Below are positions 42,062-55,089 of a DNA stretch of 64,000 nt, in pieces. The DNA is taken from the NCBI RefSeq assembly GCF_024521635.1, contig NW_026250424.1, positions 558,001 to 622,000 of the forward strand, written 5' to 3'. The notes beneath the pieces are model-generated. The model saw nothing but the letters and a program-made list of their open reading frames with translations. It had not been told where the DNA came from and did no database searches. The position numbers and the translations under genes were made by a program. Source of the DNA: Tricharina praecox. Lineage: Eukaryota. Numbering within the stretch: position 1 is the stretch's first letter; each line of letters begins with the position of its first letter.

Positions 42062-43875
42062 TTAACGCGAAAGAGCGATATCGTCTATCCTCAAGATCAT
42101 CTTCACCGTCTCAGCCGCCAGCTCAATAGCGCTGGTGGACACGAGCAACGGCTGCAAGACCTTCTCGTCGATGATGTTGGTGACCGCCCCCTTCCGCACA
42201 CTGACACCGCACGAGATCTCACCGTTGGCGTGGCGGTTTCTCAGTTCGGTTACGACACGGATGCTGTTGAGACCAGCGTTCTCGGCGAGCGTCGTGGGGA
42301 TGACCTCGAGAGCCTCGGCGAATGCCTGCCAGCATACCGACTCCGTACCCGTAAGCTTCTGTGCCTCCTTCATCAACTGCCGAGAGACCTCAATCTCGGG
42401 TGCTCCTCCTCCAGCAATCAGGGCCCTATGTGATTGGTTAGCTATGTTCAATTGCCAGGTGGCGGGGCGGAGCCGTACTTCTTCTTGACCAAGCATCGGA
42501 TAACACACAGCGCATCGTGGAGAGACCGGTCAGCCTCGTCCAGGATTAGAGAGTTGGCACCTCGGACGAGCACCGACACCGTAGAGCCAGCACCCTTGAC
42601 ACCGGTGACCTTGACTACGCGAGCTCCCGACGAGCTGACTTCCTCCACGAGGTCTGCCGAACCAAGCTTATCCTCTGTGAACGAATCGATATCGGCAATT
42701 GGCTTGCATCCGGTGCTCTATCCACCATGTCAACATAGGAATTCCAACCAGAGAAAGGGCACGGCGGACCTTGCAAATGAATTCAACCTCGTCACGCTCG
42801 ATGTCCTTGATAGCAAGGATGTTGAGCTTCGAAAGGAAATGTAGGGATAGGTCGTTGACGGCGTCTCTGAGAATCGACTTCTGGATGAAAAGCACGTTGC
42901 ATTTGGCCTTCTTGATCTTTTTGCACATGTTGAGCAGATATGTCCGCTCCTCCTTGAGAATCTTGTCCATCTGACGGTAATCATTGACAACGATCTGGTT
43001 CTCCATCTACACCGCACACATAATATTAGAGCTTGTCGGGGACGTGGGAGGTGCGTGGGAACATACGTCGGGCTTAGGCGGCGACAGCTGGAACTGAATG
43101 AAACCAATTCTGGCCTTCTCCATCCGAACGGGACCTCCAGCACTCTTGATGGCATTCTGTGTCAAGACCAGGCCATCTACCAACTCGGTATCATCCATGG
43201 TTCCTCCCACTTTCTTGACAATGCGGATATCGTTCAAGTCGACATTCTCGGCGGTCGCAGGGTTGATGACTCTCGTAACAGCGTCGACGGCGATGGGACC
43301 GAGGAGGTTGGTGTACTGCGAGACAATCTTACTCGAGAGAGACGTGCTGGCGGCTTGCAGGAGCGAGTTTCGGTCGTTAAGCGTGACGGGTGTGGACATG
43401 GCCGTCAAGATCTCGACGGACTTTGCGGCAGCTCGCTGGAAGCTCTCGGCGATGACGGTAGGGTGGAGGCCTGTACACGGATCAGATCCCATCTCTCACA
43501 GCCGCACCGCGGTGCTTCTTTCATCAGTATCATACCCTTTCCGAGCAGTTTCTCAGCAGCACCCAAAAGACTTCCGCAAATAACAACAACGGAGGTGGTT
43601 CCATCTCCGGCTTCAACATCCTGAGCAGCAGACAGATCTACCAGCATCTTGGCCGCCGGGTGCATGACCGCCATCTCCTTCAGAATGGTATGCCCATCGT
43701 TGGTGATGAGAGTCTTGCCCTTGCCGTTCTGTATCATCTTGTCCATTCCTCGAGGTCCGAGTGACGTTCTGATCGCATCGGCAACTGCTCTGGCGGCCAT
43801 GATGTTTGCCGCTCGCACAGCCATCGGTTTCTCCTTCAGGTTTGGATTGCCCATCGAGCCGTGATGTTGTGACAT
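42062..43875 (-). CDS. CCT4: T-complex protein 1 subunit delta, 5 exons
   Basis: [76 protein letters not shown]. Confidence 0.97.
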
Positions 43876-44211
43876 GTTGAATAGATTGTGCGGTTGGTAT
43901 TAGATGAACGACGGTTGATTAGGGAGGGCCGAACGTTGCTGTAGAAGGTGGGTTGGATGGATGTTGGCGGGGATTTAATTTTGAGCTTTGAGCCGCTGGG
44001 ATGGATTTAGACATGGTTGAGATAAGATTGATAAGCGAGGTCACAATTATCACTCGGAGATTTCGGTTTCGTGAGGATTCCATCTTCGGAATTCCCTGGA
44101 GTCCATTGATTCATGCAAGAGGCAGTGCAATTACTATCATACAAGGGAAGGCAAACGCTAAATTGTTTCCGCAAAGGTGGTAATGAATTCACTCTATCCA
44201 GATACCCAGCT

Positions 44212-45019
44212 CTAAGCACCCGGTGTATCCTTCCTGTAAGTGATCTTTTCCACCGCTACACTCTCGTTCCCCTTATCGTCCGTACGCAGCTGGTAGACGT
44301 ACATTACGAGCACACTTCCTTGGACCTGGAACAAATGATTAGTAGCTGTTCTGTGGATTCATCCTCCTCCCGGTAGGCCAACGCAGACTCCAGCACTTAC
44401 ATCCATCAGAACGAAGCTCGGAACCGGGCTCTCGCCCTCAGCCCACCACCCGCTGGAAATCGCGCCAGTCGCACTTCCAGGATTGACAAAGAACTTCCCC
44501 TCCAGTTCATACGCCTCGAACCGATGCGTTCCACCCCACAAGAGCACATCGCAGTCCAACCGCCTTGCCTCAATTAACAAGCTATCGCTGTCTGCCTGCG
44601 GCACGATCGTGTGGCCATGGGTAAATCCTATCCTGAGACTTCCATGGACGACAACCTTGTGAATCGGCAAGCCGGGTGCTTCGACGTCGAAGTCACCCTT
44701 GACGATCTGGATATCAGAAGCGACGCCGCGGAGGAACTCGTAGGTTTCTTTGTCGGTGAGGTTGCCGAGACACAGGATCTGGCCGATCTTGCCGGGTGCT
44801 AAGAGCTTCCGGAACTAATTGTTGCGCTCCTCGTTAGACGGATGGATTCAATGCGACGATGACGACGGGGGAGGTTGCTCACTTTGGCTGGGATATCCTA
44901 CAACTACATTAGCTTAAGCTTCCGAGGGAAAGGTATTGCTCGTGCAAGGCGGTGTTCCGACTCACTGCTGCTCGGTCTGGAATGTGGAGGTCTCCAATAG
45001 CCAGCACGAGGCGCGACAT
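44212..45019 (-). CDS. VPS29: Retromer subunit Vps29, 4 exons (15-nt exon 2)
   Basis: [78 protein letters not shown]. Confidence 0.96.
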
Positions 45020-45348
45020 GCTTCGGAGGTGAGCGGCGGAGGTGTTGGAGCTTGGGATTGGTGTCGTTGGTGATGGTAGATCTGCATTTGACGTGTCAGC
45101 TGTAGCGACCGAAGGGAAGTAGCTTCCATCGTACCGGAGACTCGTAGACGTCTTCCGTGGTGCTCTCGAATTCTCGCTGAAGGGTCAAGGACTCAAGATC
45201 GACAGCTCGGTGGGCAGAGCATAGAAGAGCGTTGCATTTACCCGCCGGAGCCGCCTCGACAAGTGCGTGCAAGGGTCCGCCCCACGTCTTCAGTGACGCA
45301 GGTGGTGTTTCTGGCTTTCTCTCTAATTACAACCCACCTTTCTTCTCC

Positions 45349-48300
45349 ATGAGTGCTGTCAAAGAAGCCAACGAATTTCTTGCTCCGGTCTTCGACAAAG
45401 GTTCCCTCTTTAGCCCTTTTCTCTACTTCTCGCTGGGAACAGCACTGATTGCAGCTCCACAGAGCAACTCATATCCTTCAACGAAGTCTCAATAATCCTG
45501 CGCCTCTCGAAGCCTCTCACGCCTTCCACTGACAAATCGGTCGCCACACCGCTCGTCATAAACCATGCGTTCCAACTCCTTCTTAGAATTCATCAAGAAA
45601 TATGCGCTCGAGCATTAGAGCCGATCGAGAACCGCCTTGAGCGGCCCGGTGAACGGCGCACGGTTTTCTCGTTGCTGGATCTACTGGTTCTGGAGGGAAT
45701 ATATCCGTCGTTATCGGCCGGAGTGGGAATACCAATTCAGCGAAGGGCTCGAAGCTTTGTTTTACCACAGAATATGACTACTCCGATCGCAAGGGCGGCG
45801 TCAACGAGGGTGCAGGAAGTTGGCCAGGATATCGAGCTTCTTAGGAGGATTGTCGATGGGCTGTGCGGAGTTCTGAGCAGCACCCCAACACAGCAGTCGG
45901 CGGCGCAGAAGGATACACATAATATTTGGAAGTCACCGAGAGACTACAAAGGGATTGAGCCGATGGTGCGGGAGCGTGTCCTCGTGGACCTGATCGCAGG
46001 CTGCGGCGAATTAGCACTCAATCCCGAGCATGAAAGAAGCAGCCAGGAGATATGGAAGCAAAAGTTCAGCAATCTATTAGACGAGTCAGTAATTACCCGT
46101 GATCTCATCGTTGCCGATAGAGCGATGCTGATGCGCTCGATCGTTCCAGCATCCAAACTGGTACACTATTGCCTCTCATGATGTCTCTCCTGCATCCTAC
46201 ATCACCGCCATGGTTCCGTGCACCCATTGCCAAATACCTATCGCAACTCCCAGTGTCGAGACCCCATGGCGTTAGAAATATCATCGAGCTCTTCCTTTCC
46301 ACGGCGTCCTCTGGGAATATGGCGAATGCCGCATCCGCACAGTTATCGGTTGAAGCACTGTCAAAAGCATCGAAATTGATATCCTCTGTTCCTTCATCCA
46401 TGAGTGCGCGGGAATGGTTCGCCAGCGTCTGTCCTCAATTGCTAGATATCCTGCGGGGCAACGACCCAGGAATGGAGAGAGCGTCAGCGTATGTGATCGC
46501 TGAGCTGCTAGGAAAGAAAGGAGCCGGTATAGAGGGTGTCGTTGAGACTGAGATTGTTCGCAAAATCGTCGACAACTTCGATCCTCCAGCTGCCACGCCG
46601 CCAGCTGTGGTACATAAACAGCCCATAAATCCCAAGGATGGGGAAAAGGAATCTTCGCAGGCTCTGTTGGCATTTGAAGACGATTCACCAGCACCGCAGC
46701 CGTCGAAACCATCCAAACCGGCGTTGATATTTGAAGTTCTTGATGCGGACACAGAGATGACTGAGACCACTGATGAGGCCGAAACCCCTTTGGTATCGGA
46801 CACAGACCTTTCCATGGCTTTCAGAAATTTGGAGGTCCTCTTAGCATCCCACCCCACACCGCTGCTGCCCCAGCGATTGGTTTCACCGATTCTCATTCCC
46901 TTATGGGGAATCATGGGCTACGCAAAATCAATCGGACGCAGCGCATGGCATAATCGTGCAGCGGCACTGCTCAAGTCATACCTGGCCGTCTCCATGGACC
47001 AATCGGTTCTTGAAAAGATCCAACGAGGCCTTACATTCAACGGCGGTGATGACTGGGAGTATGCGCCCGGATCCTCTGGTGGGATAGAGATTAGGTCAAG
47101 GACATCATCTGCGAATGGTGGTGTCAACATGGAAGTCATTAATTCCCGAATTGAGGAGTTTATGGGCATCCTTGGAGATGAGAGTGTTCCAAACACGGTA
47201 CTGAGTGGATTCTTCCTGAGCATTTTCCAAAGGTGGCTCGCTCGGGGGGGTGATGAGGAGCCATTGAAAATGTTGGTTACGGTCAAGATCCTGCAGGAGA
47301 TGTTGCAGACACATGCGGAAGAGCTGGCAAAGAAACCTACGGGGATCCTGCAGATAATCAAAGGTGTCCTCGATGAATACCTCGACTACGTCGAGGCACT
47401 GAAACAACCAAAGAGCGAGAACGCTGGGGTACCGCGGCTAGCGTCACTGAGGACGATAGTCCAAGATGCCCCCGAGCCTATTGAGGACGAAGAGGAGGGA
47501 TCATACGACACCCAGCAGACGGAAACGGTAGCTATGGCACTCACTCTGCTGAGTGTGCTCATATCGTCACCCGAAACAAAACTCGATAAAACTGACGAGC
47601 GCCTCCTCACTACCCTCCATCCTCCTTTGCAGTATCTTTCCAAGGCCCAGGATATTGACCCGAACATCACATCCCTCGCCATCAACATCACCTCATTGCT
47701 ACTCATACATGCGCCGACTACAAAAAAATCATCCGCGCTAACTCCTCTGGTGGAACAACAGCGGGAGAAGTACGCCACAGTTCTCTCCTACCTACGCGAT
47801 CCCCTCGTCCCAGTCCGAGCTCACGGTCTCTACCTCCTCCGGGAGCTGATCCTCGAACGCGCCTCCATCGTCGATGTGGTCAACACCGCCTGTCTCCTAA
47901 TCACCATGCTAAAAGACGGCGACTCCTTCGTCTACCTGAACGTCGTCAAATGTCTGGCAGCCCTAACCGACCGGCACTCCAAAACCGTCACCAGAATGCT
48001 GGTAGCAGCCTACGTCAACGACGAGGACGTCCTCAACCTCAAAGAGCACCTCGGCCTCGACGAACGCCTACGAATCGGCGAAGCCCTTCTCGGAACCGTG
48101 CAAAAACTCAACCAAGCACTCGTCGGCGAAACAGCGGAAGTAGTGTCACAGGGGATGCTAAGCATCATCTCGCGCCGCCGGCGCAACCCCGCACCTCTCG
48201 CACCCTCGTCCACAGAAGACTCAGAAGACGACGGCCTGGACCTAGATATCGACCCTGAGACCGGCGTGCGGCTCACACCCGCGCAGCTAGCGCAGCGCGA

Positions 48301-48832
48301 GCATGCCGCAAAAATCGTCTCGGGCTGGTCCTCGACGCCGCACGAAGACCTGCGGATCCGCGCCTCGGCGCTATCAATTCTGGGGGCGGCAGTACAAACC
48401 AACCCCTCTGGCCTCGGCCCGCGGGTGCTCAGCGAAGCTATCGACACCACGCTGGCGATCCTCTCGCAGGAGACAGCAGCGGAAGCCGCGATCTTGAGGC
48501 GCTCTGCTGTCGTTGCTGTGGCTGCGGTGCTTAATGGCCTGGTAAAGGCGGATGATGAGGATACAGAGGGTGAGACGTGGAGAACTGATGTGTGGCGGGT
48601 TGTGGCGCCGAGGGTGCGAGATATCAGGAGGGTCCTGGGGTATGTCGCTGTTACGGATAATGATGGGCTCGTTCGGGAGCAGGTCGCCGTCGTGGAGGGG
48701 AATCTGGGGGCCGTGGTGGAGAGGGGGATGGTTGGGGGGAGGGGACAGGTTGAGATGGGTGGGGTGGGAGGGGTGGGGATCACTGGTATGAGCGTGGGAG
48801 AGGGGGCGGGGTCGGGGATTCAGATTTTGTAG
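45349..48832 (+). CDS. RTP1: RNA polymerase II assembly factor Rtp1 (TANGO6-like HEAT protein), 3 exons
   Basis: LLDLLVLEGIYPSLS.GVGIP, LPVSRPHGVR, DPLVPVRAHGL..LR.LI, DGDSFVYLN, DERLRIGEAL, DLRIRASALSILG. Confidence 0.85.
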
Positions 48833-49054
48833 ATGGGGACATTGTAGATTGGGACGTTGACGGAGAGAAATGAGAATTTCACTCATAGATATCACTCGAT
48901 CCGCTTACGCAAATTGTAACCCGATGTTTCTGGAATAGTAACAGCCATCAGCTGGCGGGACAGGTATTGTAACTGTCAACATCTCATGAGGTCGAATGCT
49001 ATTATGATGAAACAAGAAACCATCCATCAACCCGGTCGGCTTCAGGGCTTCATC

Positions 49055-49917
49055 CAGATCCTCCAACAGTTCGAACTGGGAACAAACCGGGGGTGATCTC
49101 GTACCAACCAACTGTTGGGAGGTAGTGAACTGAACCAACTGGCAAACCGAACCAACTGCGAAGTTTTGAACTGGGAAATCTGCTTGTCCCATCAGTTCAG
49201 TTCAGCTTAAAATTTTGGGCAAAAACCCATCACCACCACCAACCCTCCGGCCAACCGAATACAACCCACCACCCAGCCGCTGCATACTAGTAACCCAGTG
49301 CCCGGTAGGACGCCGCCGGTTGACGAACTCCAGGACTACATATTGTTCATTGCCTGTCGAGAGGAATGTCCGAAACAGTCCTGCTGCGATCGATCGAATG
49401 GTGGCTGGAACCGCCCCAGCAACAACGTTTTCCTAACCTCGGCCGGATGGAGGTTGTCATTCTGTCTAGGTATTCCTGCCATGTCGGCGGAGGTTGAATG
49501 GCTGTTCCCGGAGTGCGAGATGATCCTTACTGATCATCGCCATTCCCTAAGTACCGAGAGTGTTGAAGCTCTTGAGAGTACATATCAAGAAGTTCAATCG
49601 CCGTACTCTCATGGGTAAGTGCCTAAGTAGCATCAGGGTAGTAGGTAATTCGAAACTAGTATGTACTGAACCCATTCTATGCCTTTTCCCGTCACCATGG
49701 GAACCTACATGATCTCGCCCATTGTGGCTGCCCTGGCCGAACTGACAGTTCTGCCAGTTTTCCCCGGGAACGACTGCCTGACTTACGTACCTAAACCAAC
49801 TGGGAATTAATCTGACAGCCGCTGTTCCCAACTGAACCGGGAACAAAATCGGCTAGAACTGAACGGTTTGAACCAGTGTTCCCATTTCAACCGGCTACCC
49901 AACTGTTGGAGGGTCTG
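49055..49917 (+). mobile_element. Non-autonomous hAT DNA transposon (863 bp) with TIRs and 8-bp TSD
   Basis: 17-bp TIR CAGA(T/C)CCTCCAACAGTT; perfect TSD GCTTCATC at 49047-49054 and 49918-49925; many subterminal CAGTT/AACTG motifs; relic of hAT dimerisation domain IPAMSAEVEWLF...LTDHRHSL...VEALE. Confidence 0.93.
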
Positions 49918-51817
49918 GCTTCATCTCTGTACCCACGGGACTGGCATGAAGGGCAAGTGCATCGGACGGAAAGTTGAATCCACGGCGGTACCGGTACACG
50001 GCCACTGCCACAGCGGCATGTACCGTATAGTACCGGCCACCAGGACTCCACGCAACTCTTCGAACTAGAGTAGTTAACTAGATCTGCACGAGAACCGAAA
50101 CATCGAGCGACAGGAGCAGCGGAGCTTACATAGCCAAGGAGGAGCCTATGTAGGCAGGATGCAACGAGACGAGAATTGAGATGTCGGTGCATGCATGAAG
50201 GAGCCCAGCCGCACGGTGACGAACGAAAGACTCACGAACGACTGACGAGTGACTGACGAGCGACTCAAGAGCGACCCAAGAGCCGAAGTTGGGGCGGCAG
50301 TTGAGACAGGAGGCGGGAGATAGTTGAGACTGTGGGGACGGTTGGGATGGATCACTGGAGGCAGTTGATAGCGAAACGAAACGATGCGAAACAGCATGCA
50401 GTTGGAAGATTGAAGCCGGAAGCTCTCACCGCTGCTGTAGCAGTGCGGAAATTAAGTTGCCTAGTATCCATTCACTCCAGGCCCGACGGGGTGGCACTGG
50501 GACGTGGGCACACGGTTCCGCAGTGGTGGTGCATCGTGGTGGTGATGGCTGGTGGCGGTGATGACTAGAGGGGTCTACTCTCTGGTCTCTCGTGTCTGGT
50601 CTCTGCAGCGGGCAGATCACCGCACGCCCGCGGTGCCTCTACTTTGCTGCCAGAGATGTCCGGAATTGAGTGTATGTAGGAGGGGTTCTCAGCTGCATTT
50701 TGAACCGCACTGCTCTGCACTCTCGGTTCCCCGCCATCCACATCCTCTAATCCCAGACTGTGGGGCTGCTGATCCCAGTTTAGTTTCCCCCCGGCATCAG
50801 TCCAACTAACTAAAACATGTGTAGTTCCCACGTGCGCGCTTCACGTCACTACAGCTCACTCATGCCCGCCGGCAACCGGCGCACGTTGCCACTAGTACTA
50901 GCACATAGCAGCTGCGCCTCCACCGCAGCTCCCCACTGCCCAATGCCCACCTTGGCACCTCCCCCCACGGCCCGAACTACACCGGTTTAACGTGTTCCAA
51001 CTCCCCGGGGCGGAGCGCCGAGAGTTCCCATTGCCATTGCCCATTGCCATTGCCATTGCCCAGCGCCCCCATTGCCCTATGTATGCTCAGTGCCCACCCA
51101 GAGTGACGGGTCTAACCCAGCGTCCACTGCCCACTGCCCACCATCCAGCGGGATTCGCACGCGTTTGACCATGTGATACCGTTGACTAGATATCCAACGA
51201 ACATGCGGGGTGTGCTCCGCCAACAACGATGATTGGCTCCCCCAGGTGTGAAGAAGTGAGGAAGTGCACATGTCAAACTTGGCACTTGGCACTTGGCCAT
51301 GGTGCCAATGGTGGAGCTGAAGAGCGTTTCTGTCTACGTACAACGTAGCCGGCCCGGATTCTTGATACCTATCTGCACTGTTGCCGGCGGTGAAGAGAGC
51401 TGGTATCCTGATTTCTCTTGGGTCGCGGCCGGTATTGTGCGGAATCGACTTTCATTTTTGTGCGGGGTAGCCACTGGCCAAAGTACCGTAGCCAAAGTCA
51501 AAGATGGATTCATGATTGAAGATGCACAATACAAGGCAATCATAACAGCCAAGAAGTACCAATACTAATACAGCAAGGAAAGGCAAGGAAACGACAGGAA
51601 AAGCGAAGCGACAGATAAAAAGCAACCATCATCCGGATAAAGCCGTGAAAAGCAAATACAAAAAGCAAACACAAAAAGCAACAAAAAAGGCAACAAAAAA
51701 AGCAAGTGCAACTCCATAACCACAAGACGACAAGAAAGCAAGTAAGTAAAAGATGACCGTTAAGCTAGATTAAAAGCGGCGCATGGCGCATTGGCGGCTG
51801 CGGCTTGGGACTCGAAC

Positions 51818-52523
51818 TCAGGAGGTGCTCTTCTTCCTGCTCCCGCCCGACAGCTCGAGGACTTTCTCCTTGAAGCCGTGGATCTTGTTGCGTTGGACGT
51901 GGCCGTCTCTGTGGGGGATGGAACGATTAGCGTCCGACTTTGGCGGCAGTAGGGCAGTGGGATAGGATTGAGACGAACCGTGACGCGGGCGTGGCAAAGA
52001 TGCTCCCCTCGACGTGCTGGAACCTCGATGGCGGAGTTAGGGCACTTCAATCCATGTTATGTTAGCAACTGGGCTTCGTTCCGTTGAAGGATGATGATCC
52101 CCAGAGAGAGAAGGCGAGAGAGAGAGAGGGCGCTTACGCATCCCATTCCTTGGATCTGCATTTAGTTCCCGTGGTTAGCGAAGTGTGCCAAGGCGCGTAG
52201 TCGGTCTCATGCACCCCATATGTACATGGTCATATTTCCGGTTTCTCGCCACCCGATAACGAGACGAGACGAGGCAGGACAGGATAAGGATAAGGATAAG
52301 AATAAGCAAGGAGGGGGATGGGAAGTGAGACATACAGTCTGCGGTCACGCTTGGCGAGAGGAACCGGCGTCATGCCGTCACCGACGCTGCCATCGCTCGC
52401 ACGCCGCGCAGTGTGCGTGTCCGTCGTCGTCGCGAAGGGGTCGGTGAACTGCGTGGTGGTCGTCGTGGTGGCCGTGTGGTGGTGGTGGCCGTGGAGGTCG
52501 TGCTGGTCGAGGGGGGAGCTCAT
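51818..52523 (-). CDS. Small fungal hypothetical protein (~120 aa), 4 exons
   Basis: Spliced product MSSPLDQH...RRASDG...KRDRRL-SKEWDA-ALTPPSRFQHVEGSIFATPASR-DGHVQRNKIHGFKEKV...KKSTS*; GT donors with CTAAC/CTAAT branch points; TATAAAA at ~52684-52690. Confidence 0.82.
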
Positions 52524-52699
52524 GGTGATTGTGTTTGTGGGGGTGTGGATGTTTGTCGAGGCAGGAATGCTTGGTCTGTGGTCTTTGGTCTTGATCTTTG
52601 GTCTTGAGATCGAGGGACTGTAAGCTGTGGATTGGATCTGTTCTGTTCCATTCAACCAAGGAGGAGGCGCGGGCCCGCCTGCTTTTATAGCAGTAGCAG

Positions 52700-52760
52700 T
52701 GGCAGTCCAGTCCAGCAGCTTTCCAGTCCAGTCCAGCAGCTTTCCAGTCCAGTCCAGCAT
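52700..52760. repeat. 21-bp tandem repeat upstream of TATA box
   Basis: CAGTCCAGTCCAGCAGCTTTC, about 2.7 copies. Confidence 0.8.
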
Positions 52761-53104
52761 CCACGCTCTCTCGTCTGCCCAGTTCTCCGGTCTTTACGTT
52801 TCCCGGCAGACGCAGACGCAGCTCCACGGTCCATTTGCGGACGGTGGAATGGCATTATGGAGGGTGGGTGGGTGTGTGTGAGTGTGTGAGAGTCGAGACC
52901 AGCGTGGTTAGTGTTAGCTGAAGACGTCGTCATTGTATCTACCCTATGTATGGTGGCTTCGCCAACAGGAAAACCAACAATGGCAATGGGCAATGCAGTC
53001 ATTTCGTCGACTTCCCGTGATGGATGGATGGCTGGATGGATGGGACAGGACATCATCAGTAATAGTGCCGCCGATCGTCTTGCCACGGCCGGCCATCGAC
53101 TCGG

Positions 53105-53160
53105 CCCCCCATCCCCCATCCCCCATCCCCCATCCCCCATCCCCCATCCCCCTCCCCTCC
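53105..53160. repeat. (CCCCCAT)n G-tract repeat, predicted G-quadruplex on minus strand
   Basis: At least 6 units of CCCCCAT. Confidence 0.85.
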
Positions 53161-53451
53161 ACACCCCATTCGTGGGATGCACTCTATGTACGCGGAGGAA
53201 TCGAGACTAGATCTAGTTAGATGGGGTAGACGGGCACTCTCCCCCTCCCACTCGCTTTCGATGGCTGCGTGCTCGTGCTCGTTCGACGGTGTGGTCTCCG
53301 TGACGCTAGAGCATGTACGAGGTAGGTAACGTTGAGGACTGGCGAAGTCCAACGCTGATTTTCCCGGCTACAGGCTACCAGCTAGGCACTCGACATTGTG
53401 AGAGGCCCTCGGACGGGCTGCATACTCTATTCTACATACATGCTTCCTCTA

Positions 53452-53454
<3 letters not shown>

Positions 53455-53489
<35 letters not shown>
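53455..53489. repeat. (GT)n microsatellite
   Basis: About 17 GT units. Confidence 0.9.
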
Positions 53490-53490
<1 letters not shown>

Positions 53491-53536
53491 CAAGATGGTG
53501 GGTGGGTATAGTTGGTACTCGAAAGTACTCACATAG

Positions 53537-53670
53537 GTATCTTCACGCGGTGGGGAGAAGATGGTGTAGTGTAGGTAGTGTACTGCTACTACGTGGTAGT
53601 TATCTCTACGCGGCAGGGAGAAGATGGTGGGTGTAGTGTATGTACTGCTACTACATTCATGGTAGTACGC
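53537..53670. repeat. ~62-bp imperfect tandem duplication
   Basis: ACGCGG..GGGAGAAGATGGTG...GTAGTGTA...TGTACTGCTACTAC...TGGTAGT occurs twice. Confidence 0.8.
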
Positions 53671-54247
53671 AGGTTCGCTCCACTCTTGTCATCCGCTCAG
53701 CAGATCGGCGGCACTGCTGGGAATCCGATCAAGCTGGTATGTACCATGTATGTAGGACGGTTCGACGTGAAGACAAGGTGTCTGGTGCCCACTATATCAC
53801 TCTAGGTACTTGCTCGAGCACGGTAGGTATGTGAGCATCGTCGATATCGACATCGACATCGTCCCTTGACGGGTGCACGTGTAGTTACCTGCTGTACGTA
53901 TGCGCTTTGCCGCGAAAGCTTGTTTGCCCTCCAGGGTGTCTCCCGAGCCCTCGTGCCCAGACAATTCCGAGGTTCTGAAGGGGAGAGAGCAGAATAGTAG
54001 GTAACATATGTAGCAGCATCTAACCGTCTACGTAGTACGCACGCGGCCACCCGCCCGTTTGTGAAAACAGGTGGACAGTGAACTTTCGCGAGCGGATATG
54101 AATAGAGCAAGCAAACGGACGTCGGAACTCGCATGTGTGTATGTAGTGTGCACTGTGCGTGGGGTAACATGGGACCAGAGGCTTGCACCACCACCACCAC
54201 CACCACCACCACCACCCAGCACCGCCTCCTCGCACGCACGCACCAGC

Positions 54248-55089
54248 TCAAAAGTCCTCCATCCTGTAGACCTCGTACGCGGGGACTTCATACGGATGTG
54301 TTCTTTCCTCGCATCAGTACGCATCAGCAACCATCATCATTCCCATCTTCATTCCCATCAGAACCACATCACATCACGCACGGCTACGCACCTTTTCAAA
54401 GCCTCAACAGCCCCCCTCGTAGTCTCATCGCCTATGCACATGATCTCGCACCTGACCTCGTAGACCCTCTCGAGGCGGTAATTCTCCTCGCCGGGCTCCC
54501 GCTTGCCAATGGTGGGGTTTGCGCCCCGCTCCGCGATCGGAAGGAACTGCCCCGTCCCCGTGCTCTCGAAGCTGCAGCTGGTGTACGCCTCGCCCGCGTA
54601 TGTTCCCCCGCCGGCCGCGAAGATGGCGGTCTTCACCCGCTCGAGCGCTGAGGTCGGCGTGTAGAAGATCAGCTTGTACCGCTGCGAAGGTGAAGGCGAA
54701 GGTGGGTTGGCGCTGCTGCTGGTCGAGCTGCTAGACAGCTGTTCTTCGGGCTTCTGCCCGCCACTGCTGCTGCTGCGGGTGCTCATCCACTCGCAGAACT
54801 CCTACCGTTGCGGTGCGGTCAGCCGCTCTGCCCCCTTCGCGAAGTGCAGTACCAGGTATCACAGATGTCTATCATAGAGAGAAGGGGAGAGAGAAAGAGA
54901 GAGCCGCACTCTGAACGCATCGACGCCCGTCCCTCCATTGAGGGCGTACTTACGGACAATAAACGACGGCCTAGCGCCGGGCCCGAACAGGTGGCCCGCG
55001 TTCATGCCGTCGAACTCCTTCCACGAGCCGTCGGCTTGCTGCTGGATGATGACGTCTTCGCCGCTGGTGAGGGACCCGGGCGTGCTCAT
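54248..55089 (-). CDS. NIF3/YqfO-like PII-type domain protein with additional N-terminal module, 3 exons
   Basis: YKLIFYTP...VKTAIFAAGGG...YTSCSFE..GTGQFLP....GANPTIG...EVRCEIMC...AVEALKR-THPYEVPAYEVYRMEDF*; exon 1 joins in frame through intron 54909-54802. The 54786 ATG is an alternative start. Confidence 0.82.

Noticed and set aside
54802..54861. In-frame TGA and TAG upstream of the NIF3-like ORF, suggesting readthrough or A-to-I stop editing
   Set aside because: Both stops fall inside a canonical intron (54909-54802), and the TAG is the acceptor
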